Source: Eledone cirrhosa
Lineage: Eukaryota
Direction: 5' to 3'
NCBI GenBank assembly: GCA_964016885.1
Contig: OZ024749.1
Location: forward strand, 19,158,001-19,222,000
Length of the DNA stretch: 64,000 bases
Shown here: positions 1 through 13,850 of the stretch, piece by piece
How the letters are laid out: each line of letters starts with the position of its first letter
How positions within the stretch are numbered: the first letter of the stretch is position 1
Notes under the pieces: model-generated
The model's input: only the letters and a program-made list of their open reading frames with translations
Databases searched by the model: none
Told to the model about the DNA's origin: nothing
Translations under genes and position numbers: made by a program

Positions 1-1225
<1,225 letters not shown>

Positions 1226-1351
1226 GTAGGAGATGAGTTTTATTGTAGTACAATAAAGCAATGCAGATATCGGATAAGAAGCACTCTACAGTTTGTAGGA
1301 CTGGAGTATACATAATATATAAGATCAAAAGATGGTTAAAAGAGTTCCATG

Positions 1352-1422
1352 TATTTTATTATGCGCATTTCGAAAACAAATATCATCATGCAATAACATT
1401 TGTGTTTTCATCAGATAAAATA
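1352..1422 (-). ncRNA. Type I hammerhead ribozyme in PLE-1 3' pLTR
   Basis: Minus strand: tattttat-CTGATGA-stem II (caaatgttatt/gatgatatttg)-GAAA-tgcgcat-A-ataaaata; palindromic stem III ATGCGCAT. Confidence 0.88.
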
Positions 1423-2187
1423 GGAAGACATGATATGAAGGTTAAAAAACACTTGTGGATAGTGCAGTTTTAAATCAACATATGAAAAGTAGTTTTAGAT
1501 TGATGTGTGATATTGGGAAAAAAAATGTTGAGGGGGGGGGGGGGATGAAAAAGAGGAGGAGATGAAAGTAAAAAGTGGAGGGGGAGGAGTATAATGAGAT
1601 AGGCGGAGAGATGGGTGATAGAGAGAGAGATAGCTTTTATAACTGAGAAAAATATATTGTTTTACATAGAGAGGTTGAAAAACCGTTGGAAGATAATGTA
1701 TAAATTATATGTGCGATGAAAAGAAATTGTTAATATGTATTAAGAATAATATTTAGGGGTTTAATAATATGTGCGATGGAAAGAAAATGTTGATATGTAT
1801 TATTAAAAATACCAAAGGTAATGTGAGTAAGGATATATTGTGAAAAAAGTAGAAGATAGGATGAAATAGATGAGCATGAAAGTGAGAAAAAAATAATGAA
1901 TTGAGGATGAATATTCTAACATCAAAACAATGTTTATGTTTACGAAGGATTTTTTCAAGGTGATATAAAGTAAGAATATATTGTATTGTGTAATAATTGT
2001 TTCTATGTTAGGCACAGTGAGAAAAGGTACAGATTAGGGGTTAGAAATTAAAAGAAAAAGAAAAGAAAAGGAAAAGGAAGAAAGGGAAGTGATAAATAGG
2101 AGTGATATAGAATGAGTAACAAGTATTATATAATGTATAATAAATAACTTTGAAATAGGGTAGAAAGATGGGTATATTTTTAAAGAA

Positions 2188-2240
<53 letters not shown>

Positions 2241-2280
2241 CCTTTGAGAAAGGGATTCTAAATTGATAAAGTATTGGATA

Positions 2281-4664
2281 TTAGCTGTATACTTTATGGA
2301 ATGTTCTGTGGAATTTATGCAAGCAGAGAGAAAACAAGTCAGTGCGTCTATTTATTATAGAATCTAAATTAGATATAATGGTAAATTTTTCATTTAGACA
2401 GAGATTGCAAGTCTTGGATAGAGAACTGTTCAAGTATGGAGAAGCAGAACAAACCTTTTTCCAAGAGATGTTATATTTAATATTTTTGTCTTTCAAGGAC
2501 CATGAGTTCTGAGAGAGCCGTGTTGGTTCTTTTAAGTTGGTATTTAAAAGACGAATGATGATTATAAAGACGAGCTTTAAAGGAGGTGGAAGTGGGGCCA
2601 AAACAGGTGAAGGAATTGGTGTCAGTTATAACTTTACATTCGTAGATTAAGTTTTTATCAAGACAATGGTTGTTGAGAGGACATTTATTTTTAACAGGGC
2701 AATTGCAATTGCGATTAGAGAGTTTATTAACGAGTGACCTAGTGTTATCTATAGAAGGAATTGGATTGGAGAAGTTATTTGCGATAGGAATAATAGTTTC
2801 TTGATTTAGAATGGGATTAAGAACATTTAGCGAAGTTGTGTTTGACGTTGTATTTGGGTTTGCAGAAATTAGCCTAGAGTTTACAATGACGTCGGGAGTA
2901 CTATTATTATGAAATTCAGTGTTGGAAGGAAGAGATTTAGTGTTTAGTATTTTATTGTTGTGTTTAGAGATAATGTTGGAGGATGTTGAATAGGAAAATT
3001 TTATAGTGTGTTTGTTAAATATTTTACTATAGATATGTGAGGGAGGGAAGCATTTATTTAAGGCACTAAAGAATAATTTAGGAATATTATTATTAATAGA
3101 GATGGAGAAAGGAGCATTATACCAGATTATGTTTTTGTATCTAGGTCTTTTATTAAAGTTATTGGAATGATCATGATTAATTATTCTACTGTAAGATCTT
3201 CTAGAATTTGTTTCTTTACTATATTTGATTTTATCAGGATAGCCAGCTTTAGAAAGCGCGTTATTATAGTAATTGGCGTTAGCATCAAAGATGTTTTTAT
3301 TAGAAGATAGGTTAGATATTCTTTTTCCAATATTACTAACTATAGCATTCTTAATATTAGTAGGGTGGTTAGATTTAAAATTAACATAATTTAGGTTCTC
3401 ATTGTTTTTATGGTTAAGGGTAATATAGGCCAGTGTCAAGATTAAGAGATACATCCAAGAAATTAGCTAGTTTGATGCTGTTATCAAATTTAATTTTTAA
3501 GTTATGTTGGTTAAAGAGATTACGTATATTGTTCTTAATAATATTAAGGTTAACTATGTTGCAATTTAAGATAGTAAAGAGTCCATCGTCACGATAAATT
3601 CCACCGCGAAGTTGAGGAATTTTCCGACTCAAAGAGTTCAAAATAAAGATACCAATTAAATCTGTCAATTGGGATGAATCGGATGCTCCCATTGTGATGT
3701 CGAAGTTGTTAGAGGTATCAGCTCTGGTCCAATATTCATTGTTGAACTCTAGGATGGTTTTACGTGCGGTGAGAATGATGTGAAGTTCATCTGTGGTGAT
3801 GTCAGAATATTTAAATGCGAAAGATAGAGCATTGTTGAGAAGTGAAGGCGAAATAGAATAGTAGTAGCTGGCAATATCAAATTGAACAAATTTTAGTTTG
3901 GCTGGTTCAACAAATTGAATAATAAAAACAATCACTTCAGAAGTACCAAACCATAAATTTAAGTTCAAAGAAGAGCAATTAGAACGAACCTGTGGGATAA
4001 TTCTATCCAAGATGGCTTTACTAACAACCCCCAGATCTGATTTAGAGGGGGCGATTAATCTAACAGGTAGTTCAGTGCGAAAATTGTTTTTGTGATCCTT
4101 GAGATTTATCTTCGGAGTTCTTGGGAGGAATGGTTCGGTCTTTTTTCCGATGCCAAATTTTGACATAATCTCAGAGGCTTCAAAGTTTATGGATTCTAAA
4201 TTATCATGGCTGGTTTTACGATATTTTTTCCTAAGTTCCTTTAGGATAAGGTTGTTATAGTTATCCTTGGAAATACCATATAAATTATTGGTTTTGTCAG
4301 AGTGGACTAAAACATTTTTTGAGGAATTTAGGTTTGAAATTGTGTTCTTGAGATTTACAAGGTGCTCTTGTCCTTTGTAAGGGTATCTCTTGAATTTAAG
4401 ATTTTTTATAATTTTTGTTAACTCTTCCTCGAATTGTACTAGATTTTTGTTGGAAGGAGGATTTCTTCTAGAATTAAATAGATGATCGAGGAAGTTATGT
4501 TCCTTGGTATAGAAGTTCCCTTTTAGGTGCTGGTCATAGAAATAAGCTATCCATCTAAGTCTTCTTACAAAGGAGTCAGTTTTTTCAATTAGAAGTTTGG
4601 TGAATTCAGATTTACCAGGTATAGGAATGTCTTTAGTTGAATTGGTTATGTTGTAATAATCCAT
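2281..4664 (-). pseudogene. PLE-1 reverse transcriptase + GIY-YIG endonuclease, two frameshifts (~3430, ~2490-2600)
   Basis: KDIPIP N-terminus, HSDKT, QFDIASYY, FDITMGASDS, GIYRDDGL (RT); CNC-CPLNNHC-IYECKV and CNLCLNEK-CLH (Cys-rich GIY-YIG); collinear with the ORF at 46910. Confidence 0.92.
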
Positions 4665-4871
4665 GTTGTAGAAGAAAAAGGTAAAGGACCATCAAAAGGT
4701 ATCCAATATGAGAGTTAGCGCTCAACCGTTAAGGAGCAAGTTAATGTAGGAGGTGAGTTTTATTGTAGTACAATAAAGCAATGCAGATATCGGATAAGAA
4801 GCACTCTACAGTTTGTAGGACTGGAGTATACATAATATATAAGATCAAAAGATGGTTAAAAGAGTTCCATG

Positions 4872-4940
4872 TATTTTATTATGCGCATTTCAAAAACAAA
4901 TATCATCATGCAATAACATTTGTTTTCATCAGATAAAATA
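4872..4940 (-). ncRNA. Hammerhead ribozyme in PLE-1 5' pLTR
   Basis: Same motif as 1352-1422, core intact. Confidence 0.87.
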
Positions 4941-5446
4941 GGAAGACATGATATGAAGGTTAAAAAACACTTGTGGATAGTGCAGTTTTAAATCAACATA
5001 TGAAAAGTAGTTTTAGATCAATGTGTGATATTGGGGAAAAAAATTTTGAGGTTGGGGTGGGGGGTGGAAAGGATGAAAAAGAGGAGGAGAGTAAACAGTG
5101 GAGGGGGAGGAGTATAATGAGATAGGAGGAGAGATGGGTGATAGAGAGAGAGAGATAGCTTTTATAACTGAGAAAAATATATTGTTTTACATAGAGAGGT
5201 TGAAAAACCGTTGGAAGATAATGTATAAATTAAAAGAATTTGAAAATTAACAAAGAGAAAAATAATGTAAAGTTAAGGTTTGTATATTGAAGGGTTTAAT
5301 AATATGTGCGATGAAAAGAAATTGTTAATATGTATTAAGAATAATATTTACACCAATATCACACATCAATCTAAAACTACTTTTCATATGTTGATTTAAA
5401 ACTGCACTATCCACAAGTGTTTTTTAACCTTCATATCATGTCTTCC

Positions 5447-5517
5447 TATTTTATCTAATGAAAACACAAATGTTATTGCATGATGATATTTGTTTTTGAA
5501 ATGCGTATAATAAAATA
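5447..5517 (+). ncRNA. Degenerate hammerhead in the PLE-1 inverted pLTR piece
   Basis: Core mutated to CTAATGA; stem III atgcgtat. Confidence 0.7.
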
Positions 5518-5543
5518 CATGGAACTCTTTTAACCATCTTTTG

Positions 5544-5643
<100 letters not shown>

Positions 5644-5896
5644 CATATATATATTTATACATATATATATATATATACACATATATATTTATATATATTG
5701 TTATACTTGGGGAGGGTCATATTTGTGTAATATTGCCAGAATTAATAACAGATCACACTCTCTGTTTGGTTGGTTTTCGCTTTTCGCTTCTGTGTCTTTT
5801 ATATCGGTAATCTAATTTATTCGGTCCTCAATGTTGCCATTGACTGACCGGCGGTCAAAAATAATACAGATACAATATAGACACAAACACATATAT

Positions 5897-5950
5897 ATAG
5901 TTTATCAGAGTTCTTTCGTTGCACATCTGCAACATTGTCAGTGGTGCTAT
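5897..5950 (-). ncRNA. Minimal hammerhead in PLE-2 pLTR (core CTGACAA, G8 mutated)
   Basis: atagcacca-CTGACAA-t-gttgca gatg tgcaac-GAAA-gaactc-tgataaactat. Confidence 0.7.
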
Positions 5951-6198
5951 TGTTTCCTCCCGTTGCATTGTATGTCTACGCCATTTTTATTTAGTCTGTC
6001 TATATATTTATTTATTTACTTGTTTGTTCATTTTATTTTGTCTTCTTTGCGCATGCGTTTGCGTGTGTGTATAGTGTTTTGTTTGATGTGTGTTCGTGAT
6101 TGGGTGACTAGTGTGTGTTTATATGTGTTTGTTGTTATTGTGCTTGTGTATGTATTTATTTATTTATTTATCTATTTATTTATTTATTTATACTTCTC

Positions 6199-7415
6199 TT
6201 AGGTCAGTGTTGTTTGTTTGGGTGTTGTTGTTATTCCATTCTTCTTTCTGTTTAGTCTTGGCCTTCTAAGTTCTATTTCACTGGCCTCTCTGATTTGCCT
6301 ATCTGCTGGGTTATTTCTATGTTTAGATATTATTCTAATTTCTATGTTGTCTATGTTACCGTCGTGTTGTTGTCTGGCATGTTCGTATAGTACTGACCCG
6401 TTTTTTCGTCCTTTTAGTTCCCCCCAGTGTTGGTCTATCCTTTCACCTATGCTACGAGCTGTCTCGCCTATGTATGTTGTTATGTTTCTGCAAGTACCCT
6501 CTGTACATCTTATGCTATAGACTACGTTTCTAGTTTTACAGTTTATCCAGGGGTTTACCTTACATATGATACATTTCCTATTAGTACAGTGGGTTTTCTT
6601 AAATGGGTCGGTTTTGCTGATCAGGGATTTTATGGTGGTTCCTGGCTTTTCTACCACCTTAATCTTTAAGTGGGTCTTTCTCAGGGCCTTTCTACACTGG
6701 TTAGCTAATTTCCCTCCAGGGGTAGCATCCACAAACATGACACTCTGGTATCTCTGGTTGTCGTACCATGAGGTGGCTTTCCCTATCTTATGTCTATCCC
6801 TATCTAAGCTATTCCATGATTTGCTCCTGTATAATGGGCAAATTCCTTTCATGTCCAGTTCTATGAGGGTCTTATACTTCTCCATGGCTCCTTCGTATAC
6901 TCTGACTCTGTCTCTTTGGTTGTAGCCAGAGAACTGCATGCGGTTGATGAAGTGTTGGATGTGTCTTTCCATTTCTGTTGGGTCGCACATGCGGGACACA
7001 TTCTTCATCACTCGTACCAAATCTGCGATCAGAATATTAAACTTAGCACTACTGGACATTGCTGAGTTTTTGAGTATCAGGTATTTGGAGGCCATGGGTT
7101 TAGTATAGTGTGAGTGGAGAATTTGGGCTCTCTCGTCTATAGTGTTAATCCAGGTAGTCTATTGTTAGGGTGTTTGGAAGGGAAGTCGATAGTTACAGTT
7201 ATACTCTGGTGTATGGAATTAGCTATCTGCTGGATGCTTTCCATTGTGCTACGTTCTAAATCAAACTTGTTAGTGCTCTCTAGTGGGGATGTTCTTATAA
7301 CTATATTGATATCGTCTACGTAACGAGAGTACATGATGAGGTCTATGGAGCTCTCATTAAGGAGATCTTTAAGTCTCCTTTCCCACCATACCATGAAAAG
7401 GTTGGCAACATCACC
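6199..7415 (-). pseudogene. PLE-2 RT C-terminal half + GIY-YIG endonuclease, frameshifted near 7130
   Basis: ORFs 7137-7490 and 6199-7095 carry consecutive PLE motifs. Confidence 0.88.
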
Positions 7416-7419
7416 ACTA

Positions 7420-7694
7420 GAGAGATAGTTAGAGAGATAATTTTGAGATAGGGCGTCCGTGATGTTTGCTCTAATTAGAACAAACATCACGGACGCTCTA
7501 TCTCAAAATTATTTTTGAAAAGCATTAGAAATGCGCAACCGGTAAAACTTAAAACCAAAACTGAATACTAACCAATCCTATTACTAATTCTCACTTATTC
7601 CTAATTAAACTATTTTTCACTGTGAACAATTTGTCAGCATTTTCTTTTCCGTTTACCAATATATCATAACTTGTGTGTTACACCTCTATTCTTT

Positions 7695-7700
<6 letters not shown>
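7420..7700. repeat. Fragment of an unclassified TA-flanked repeat with a ~38-bp-arm hairpin (7436-7516); second copy inverted at 63871-64000
   Basis: ataattttgagatagggcgtccgtgatgtttg/caaacatcacggacgctctatctcaaaattat; 7575-7698 matches the reverse complement of 63871-64000. Confidence 0.75.
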
Positions 7701-7746
<46 letters not shown>

Positions 7747-7747
<1 letters not shown>

Positions 7748-9056
7748 GAGGGGGGGATCAAAAAGTTCGCGGAATTTTATCGTAGTAAGAAAAAAATAGG
7801 TTAAAACAATATTAAACATGTCACAACATTGTCACTGGGTGTTTACCTTGCTATTAGTCACTTGCAGTCAGTTATGCGCGGACTATTGTACAGTTCTGAC
7901 ACTCTTTAAAAAACCTCTTTTTTGGAACAATTGAAAATAGTTATTTTGAGATAAGATCGAATATCAAGTTTCTGGTGAAACTCAAATGGAAAGGGACAAA
8001 GATTATGTAGGCTTTAGTTAAAGTTTACGGTACTACTGCTCCAAAGAAAACTGCTGTCTACAAGTGGATTCAGCGATTCACACAAGGGAGAGACGACCTT
8101 GAAGACGACGATCGCAGTGGAAGACTAGGAACATCAAAATGACCAAAACGTTGAGACTGCTCAGACTTTAATTGAAGAAGATCGAAGAATAACAGTTAAT
8201 CAGTTAGCTAAGTCCCTAGACATTTCATATGGTTCGGCAAATTAAATTCTGCACGATAATTTAGGACTAAGCAAGCTTTCAGCGCGATGGGTCCCAAAAG
8301 CGTTGCGCCCTGAGCAGCTGATTCTTCAAAGTGATCTGCCTTTGGCGATATTAAACAAAATTGAAGTTGATGAAGAGCATTTCCTGACCAGAATCATCAC
8401 CAGAGATGAAACCTGGATCTACCAGTATGATCCTGAATCCAAACAGCAGTCAAAACAGTGGCTTCCACGTGGATCATCGGGACCAATCAAGTTCAAATCT
8501 CAAAAGTCGGATCAAAAAGTGATGGCCACCATTTTCTGGGATTCAGATGGGGTGATACTAATAGATTATCTTGAAGGTCAAAGAACTGTGACAGGAGCTT
8601 ACTATGCAAATGTTTTAAGGAAGCTGAAAGAGGCATTAGTCAAGAAACGAAAAGGGAAACTTCATGGTGGGATCTTGTTTCACCATGACAATGCACCAGC
8701 GCATTCTGCACGGGTTGCAAAAGAAGTTCTTCGAGAATTTCGATGGGAAGTGCTTCCTCACCCACCTTATAGTCCAGATTTAGCCCCATCAGACTTTTTC
8801 CTCTTTCCAAACCTCAAAGAAATGCTAAAAGGAACCCGTTTTAGTGGTGTTGAAGAAGCTAAAAACACTGCCAACACATGGCTTCGAACAAGGCCTTCAA
8901 TTTTCTTTAGAGACGGCTTACGAAGCTGGAAGCATCACCTTGTGAAGTGTATTGACCTGGATGGCAACTATGTAGAAAAATAAATTGAAGGAAAATCATA
9001 TCTTTTGAAAAATCATATCTTCTGAAAAATACCGCAAACTTTTTGATCCCCCCTTG
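7747..9056 (+). mobile_element. mariner (DD34D) DNA transposon, full length, degenerate
   Basis: TIRs cgagggggggatcaaaaagttcgcgg / ccgcaaactttttgatccccccttg with TA flanks; ~1.31 kb. Confidence 0.95.
7930..8983 (+). pseudogene. mariner transposase with an N-terminal stop and frameshift; catalytic domain open 8303-8983
   Basis: WVPKAL, TRDETW, HHDNAPAH, YSPDLAPSDF motifs. Confidence 0.93.
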
Positions 9057-9065
9057 TATATACAT

Positions 9066-9811
9066 ATAAATATAAATTTAGCGAGAATCGCATTTCGGCA
9101 GGTAGAAATTAGTGAAACGCAACTTCCGTATTGTGCAGACAAGTGCTCCATGGATATGAAGATACCAGAGCTAAAAACATAAGTTAAAATGGTCATACAC
9201 GCTGAGATGATAGTTAAGAAGCCATTAACCACCATAGCCAAAAAAGCAAACAATCTAAATGGGTCAAACAAAATAAGATATGATTGAAATAGTTACCCGG
9301 ACCCTCGAGGAAGATGGAATACTCCGAAATTGGGTTTCTGCAACACCTAAATAAATTATACTGTCTGCTTATAAAAAATAAGCTTTTGGTATAATGATAG
9401 AACAAGGCATCGCTTTCTCAACAGGTTTTTGTTCTTCGTGCGCCAGAATCTCACAGGTTATGAAAGCACATGTGAGGTTCTAAGGGGAGAAAACCCCTAT
9501 TTTGGCCAGTGAATTCAGCATGTGTAGTTATTGCAAAAATTTGCAAAAGCTGCACAAAACGAATTAAGCTCTCAACCGAGTTGTTTTTAAAATAAACTTA
9601 TGTTTATTAACTAAAAAGCCAAATAAAATTAACTGGTTAATTGCTTGACTTGGGAGATTAATACAAATATAAATTTAGCGAGAATCGCATTTCGGCGGGT
9701 AGAAATTAGCGAAACGCAACTTCCGTATTGTGCAGACAAGCGCTCCATGGATATGAAGATACCAGAGCTATAAACATAAGTTAAAATGGTCATACACACT
9801 GAGACGATGGT

Positions 9812-9812
<1 letters not shown>
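9066..9812. repeat. Non-coding element with ~145-bp direct terminal repeats (9070-9215, 9666-9812), TA-flanked
   Basis: aaatataaatttagcgagaatcgcatttcggc...ctgagatgatagtta present twice ~597 bp apart. Confidence 0.8.
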
Positions 9813-9842
<30 letters not shown>

Positions 9843-9941
9843 GATTGTATTCTACATATATATATATATAGATAACAACATAATCAGTACAGTATATAGA
9901 AAGAATATATTAGGTTAATGCTTGAATTAGCAGGAAGAGGG

Positions 9942-9977
9942 TCTTAATGTTTCGGATGGTAGTCCTTCATCAGAAGA
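9942..9977 (-). ncRNA. Minimal hammerhead motif (PLE pLTR remnant)
   Basis: tctt-CTGATGA-a-gga ctacca tcc-GAAA-catt-aaga; gaaacatt is a plausible CpG decay of gaaacgtt. Confidence 0.62.
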
Positions 9978-10308
9978 AAGAATGAGAAATAAGATAGATT
10001 GAAAGGACAGGCAGGTTGGAATTCAGAAAAATATCTTTAGATAAAAATAATAGGTCCATTCATGTTGACATCTCTTGGAAAACTGTTGATGCTGGCGTTT
10101 TGAGTATGATTTATTTTTTTTAGAAAAGTGGACGATGGGGCGCGTCAACCTGAGATGGAAAAAAAAAAAAGCCGTTTTGTAAAATGTACTATATTTGTGC
10201 ATATATATGTGTGTGTGTGTTATATGTGCGTATGAAGCTAAGGAGAAAGGTGTGTGTATATGCACATGAAGCTAACTATTTACACCAGAGTCTCTTATTT
10301 TTCTGCAG

Positions 10309-10326
10309 ATTCCTTGAAAGTGCCAG
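10309..10326 (+). other. Candidate 18-nt host microexon (phase-1 reading DSLKVP)
   Basis: Branch-like gctaac at 10271, pyrimidine tract cttatttttctgcag|ATTCCTTGAAAGTGCCAG|gtatgt. Confidence 0.45.
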
Positions 10327-10914
10327 GTATGTCTTTTGTTGATAACAGAAACAGTCTCTACTACTATATGTATGTATATATATATATATATACATATACA
10401 CACACACACACACACACACATTGCTTAAAAGAGGCTGTTTGCATAATTGCAAATAAATCGAATATAATTATTGATATTCGAAAAACACACATTACATTTA
10501 TTATATGTATATATATATATATATCATATATTTGAAACCATGATGAGTTTTCTGTTTTGTTGAATGGATTTTAGTTTTTGTTTTGTTGAATGGATTTGGA
10601 AAAGAAATATTACATTTTGTTTTATTTTGTTTTAGTTTTGGTTTTGTTTGTTCTCCTTCTGACCATTTCCTTAGAATCTGCCACGATTGACTGTCTTGTA
10701 TCTATTTCATCTTTTCCCTCAATCTCATCCTTGAATCATTTCTGGAATGCCTCTCTCTCTATATATATATACATCTGTATATATAGCTTTATATATACCT
10801 TCTACAGTTTGTGACAAAATCTGCCTGTTGGAAGCTAGACTTCAATCTCACATGAGAGCACAACAGGACACTTCCTACTGAACATACCAACTAGTTCACA
10901 CTTACCAATGCCAC

Positions 10915-11275
10915 ATCATCATCATCTTCACCACCGTTTTACGTCCATTCTTCCATGCTAGCATGGGTTAGACAGATTGTCCTGTTGTGGGCAATGCCAG
11001 GTCAGGTGACCATGTCTTGCTCCTACGGGAACTGATTTTGGCTCCATTTCTACAGTTGGATGCCCTTCCTAACACCAACCTCATTTACAGTGTGGACCGG
11101 GTGCTTTTTTACCATGGCACCTACATGACCACTTTACAGTGTGGGCTGGGTGCTGTTTGTCATGACACCTCCACGACCACTTTGAATTGGGAGGGGGATT
11201 GGGGCATATTGTTTATATGCTTCAGCTTGTACTCGTGGGGGGTTGGGTCTTCTGTATTACTGCATAATGCCTTAG
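10915..11275 (-). mobile_element. Old RTE LINE 3' UTR fragment with (GAT)n tail
   Basis: Homologous to 42300-42650 and 62927-63280. Confidence 0.85.
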
Positions 11276-11499
11276 ATGCATATCTAAAGGAGTTTTAGAG
11301 AGACATTTCAAGGTTTATCAAGATCAGACAACTCAGGCAGGTGAAGCTACACAGAAACAATTTATGTGGATGACATTTTAAAAGTATGTCTGGTCTAAAA
11401 GGCCACATGGGTTTTCATGCCAGAACTGAGCTCCATCTACACTGAGGTGGTCAAGCTTTGTATTGAGCAGACAACCATCATATATACCTTTTTATTATG

Positions 11500-11735
11500 T
11501 AAGGGTAAGAAGTCAGTTAAATCAACCTTCCCCCATACACCCTCCACTTTTTACTGACACTATATTTTATCGACCCCAGAAAGATGAAAAGTATAGTTGA
11601 CCCCAGTAAGATTTGACCTCAGAATGTAAACAGCCGGAACTGTTGATCAGTTTCTAATTTTGATACAAAGTCAGCAGTTTTGTTGGTAGGGGAAGGAAGT
11701 CAGTTAAAAAAAACCCTAGTTTTTAACTGGTACTT
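11500..11735 (-). mobile_element. Degenerate SINE fragments (Meta-domain-like)
   Basis: ttttatcgaccccagaaagatgaaaag...gatttgacctcag resembles 48803-48982. Confidence 0.65.
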
Positions 11736-11737
11736 TC

Positions 11738-11966
11738 TTAACCCTTTAGCATTTACATTACTCTATATTTACTATTGTATTTTCACGGTAAACACTTTAT
11801 TTCACATAATTATCTCGCATACTATCAAATCAACAAGATTTTCATACTATTTATTTTGAGAACAATACCTTAACATAAGTATGAGCAGCTGGTTATGGCC
11901 AGTTTGAACAGAAAGAGGTGAGAGAATTCTGGCCGGATATGACCGGTTTAACTGTAAAAGGGTTAA
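11738..11966. mobile_element. piggyBac-like MITE
   Basis: TTAA-CCCTTT ... AAAGGG-TTAA ends; oppositely oriented copy at 12167-12415. Confidence 0.72.
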
Positions 11967-11970
11967 ACTA

Positions 11971-12165
11971 GAGGTGCATGGCCTTGTGGTAATGGTGTTA
12001 GCCTTATGATCATAATGTTGTGTATTCAATACCTGGACTGGGTTGTATGTTGTGTTCTAAACACTTCATTTGACGTTGCTCGAGTATACTCAGCTGAAAA
12101 TGAATGCCAGCAATACCTGAGCTACCCTGCAGTGAACTGGTAGGGAGACTTGTACTATCTGTTGC
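11971..12165 (+). mobile_element. Degenerate tRNA-derived SINE
   Basis: gaggtgcatggccttgtggtaa (A box), homologous to 34571-34714. Confidence 0.7.
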
Positions 12166-12166
12166 T

Positions 12167-12415
12167 TAACCCTTTAATGTTCAAACCGGCCAGAATTCTC
12201 TACCTCTTCTGTTGAAACTGGCTGTAACTGGTCACTCAAACTGATGTTACGGTATTGTTCTCAAAATAAATACTTTCAAAATCTTATAGATTCGATATTA
12301 TGTGAGATATTATATAAGATGAAAATACAATAGTATATATAGAGTTATCATCATTTTAACATCATCATTTTACGTCCGCTTTTCCCTGCTTGCAAGGTGA
12401 ATGCTAAAGGGTTAA
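12167..12415. mobile_element. piggyBac-like MITE interrupted by a ~50-bp RTE 3' tail
   Basis: TTAA/CCCT ends; insert catcatcattttacgtccgcttttccctgcttgcaagg matches the 57540-57580 tail. Confidence 0.7.
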
Positions 12416-13067
12416 CACCATAAAAACCAGGGTAAGCACCAGTCTGACGAGCCTCTAGGCTCGAGACAGACTGGACTTTTTGTATAACCTCTTCACTGCT
12501 GTAGACGAGATAACTCGTAACATTTATGCATTCTAGTGCCACGGATGAGATAACTCGTCCTAACATGTTTGAATTCCTTTCCAACAGTTCATAACTTCAA
12601 AGCTAGATGAAGTTACTAGTTTATTGATGTGATGTTTGTCAATCAAAATAGACATTTTGCTGAAAATAAAAAAAACCAGCACAGCAACTGTAGCTGTGTA
12701 AAATATATGTGGCAGTCAACAGGTTAAGCTAGATCTCTTTCAAAACATACCCTACATTTTAAATCTTTGACTGCCAAAGCCTACCAGTACATTTTTGGCA
12801 CTGAAAAAGTTAATTAGCGACTCAGACAAAGTATATATAGCAAATTATATGTATTAGCAAATATATATAAATAAATATATATATATATATATATATATGA
12901 AATCTTTTATCTTATTTTAACATCGTTTTGATTATAAATGTGCCAAAATAAATATGTAAGCCTGATGTGCTGTAGTAAAATATCAAAAATAACACTGGAT
13001 GGTCATGGATGGAGCAATTTTGATAAATAGATTTACTGAATTAGAACTAGCCTAGGGCTAAACGACA

Positions 13068-13310
13068 ATGATCATCATCATCATCATTATGATCACTACC
13101 ACTACCACACCAACACCATTATTACTACCACTATCACATCATCACTACCACCACATCAGCACACCTCTACCACCATCACCACCAACACACCACCATCACC
13201 ACCAACACACCACCACCATCACCACAACCACCACCACCACACCTCTACCACCACCATGCCTCCACTATCGCCACAATCACATCATCACCACCTCCACTAC
13301 CACCAATGCT
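13068..13310. repeat. (CAT/CAC)n low-complexity tract
   Basis: Direct inspection. Confidence 0.9.
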
Positions 13311-13514
13311 ACTTTAGATGCTGTTCAGAATGCATGGCTCTAGTCTTGTGCATGATATCTGCCCTAATGACCACCCCCACTGGACACTACAGTTCATAAT
13401 ACTCTACCACAACTAACATCATCTTTCTCCTTTTATTGCTTTCATCTTTACCATTTCTTGTTGTTGGTGTTGTTTTATAATAATTTAATAACCCTTTGAT
13501 TCTAACCTGGAGAA

Positions 13515-13850
13515 AACCAGATAAAACTGGTCAAAACCAGGCTAAACTAATCAAAATGAGACATAACTAATCAAAACGAGACAAAAACCACACAAAATTG
13601 ACCAAATCCAGACTAGTCTAATAAAAACCAGACAAAATGACACAAAAGTGGTCAAAACCAGACAAAACTGGTCATAACTAGACAAAACTGGCCATAACCA
13701 GACAAAACTGGCCATAACCAGACAAAACTGGCCAAAACCAGACAAAACTGGCCAAAACCAGACAAAACTGGCCAAAACCAGACAAAACTGGCCATAACCA
13801 GACAAAACCGGCCATAACCAGACAAAACTGGCCATAACCAAACAAAACTT
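13515..13850. repeat. 20-bp minisatellite (ccagacaaaactggccataa)
   Basis: About 9 near-perfect units plus degenerate left units. Confidence 0.92.

Larger units (their letters stand above)
5695..7418 (-). mobile_element. 5'-truncated Penelope-like element PLE-2 (different lineage) with 3' pLTR
   Basis: VANLFM...SRYVDD (RT), HYTKPMAS, FVDATPGG, CxxxxCxxC, VVYSIRC...YIGETARSIGERIDQH (GIY-YIG); pLTR homologous to 18719-19290. Confidence 0.9.

Noticed and set aside
2281-4664. Selenocysteine (UGA) recoding reported for some Naiad elements
   Set aside because: Breaks here are frameshifts and PLE-5 has no in-frame UGA; no SECIS identified.
12439-12474. CTGACGA...GAGAC hammerhead-like string
   Set aside because: No GAAA or stem III; better explained as a simple hairpin (ccagtctg/cagactgg) in a DNA-transposon remnant.
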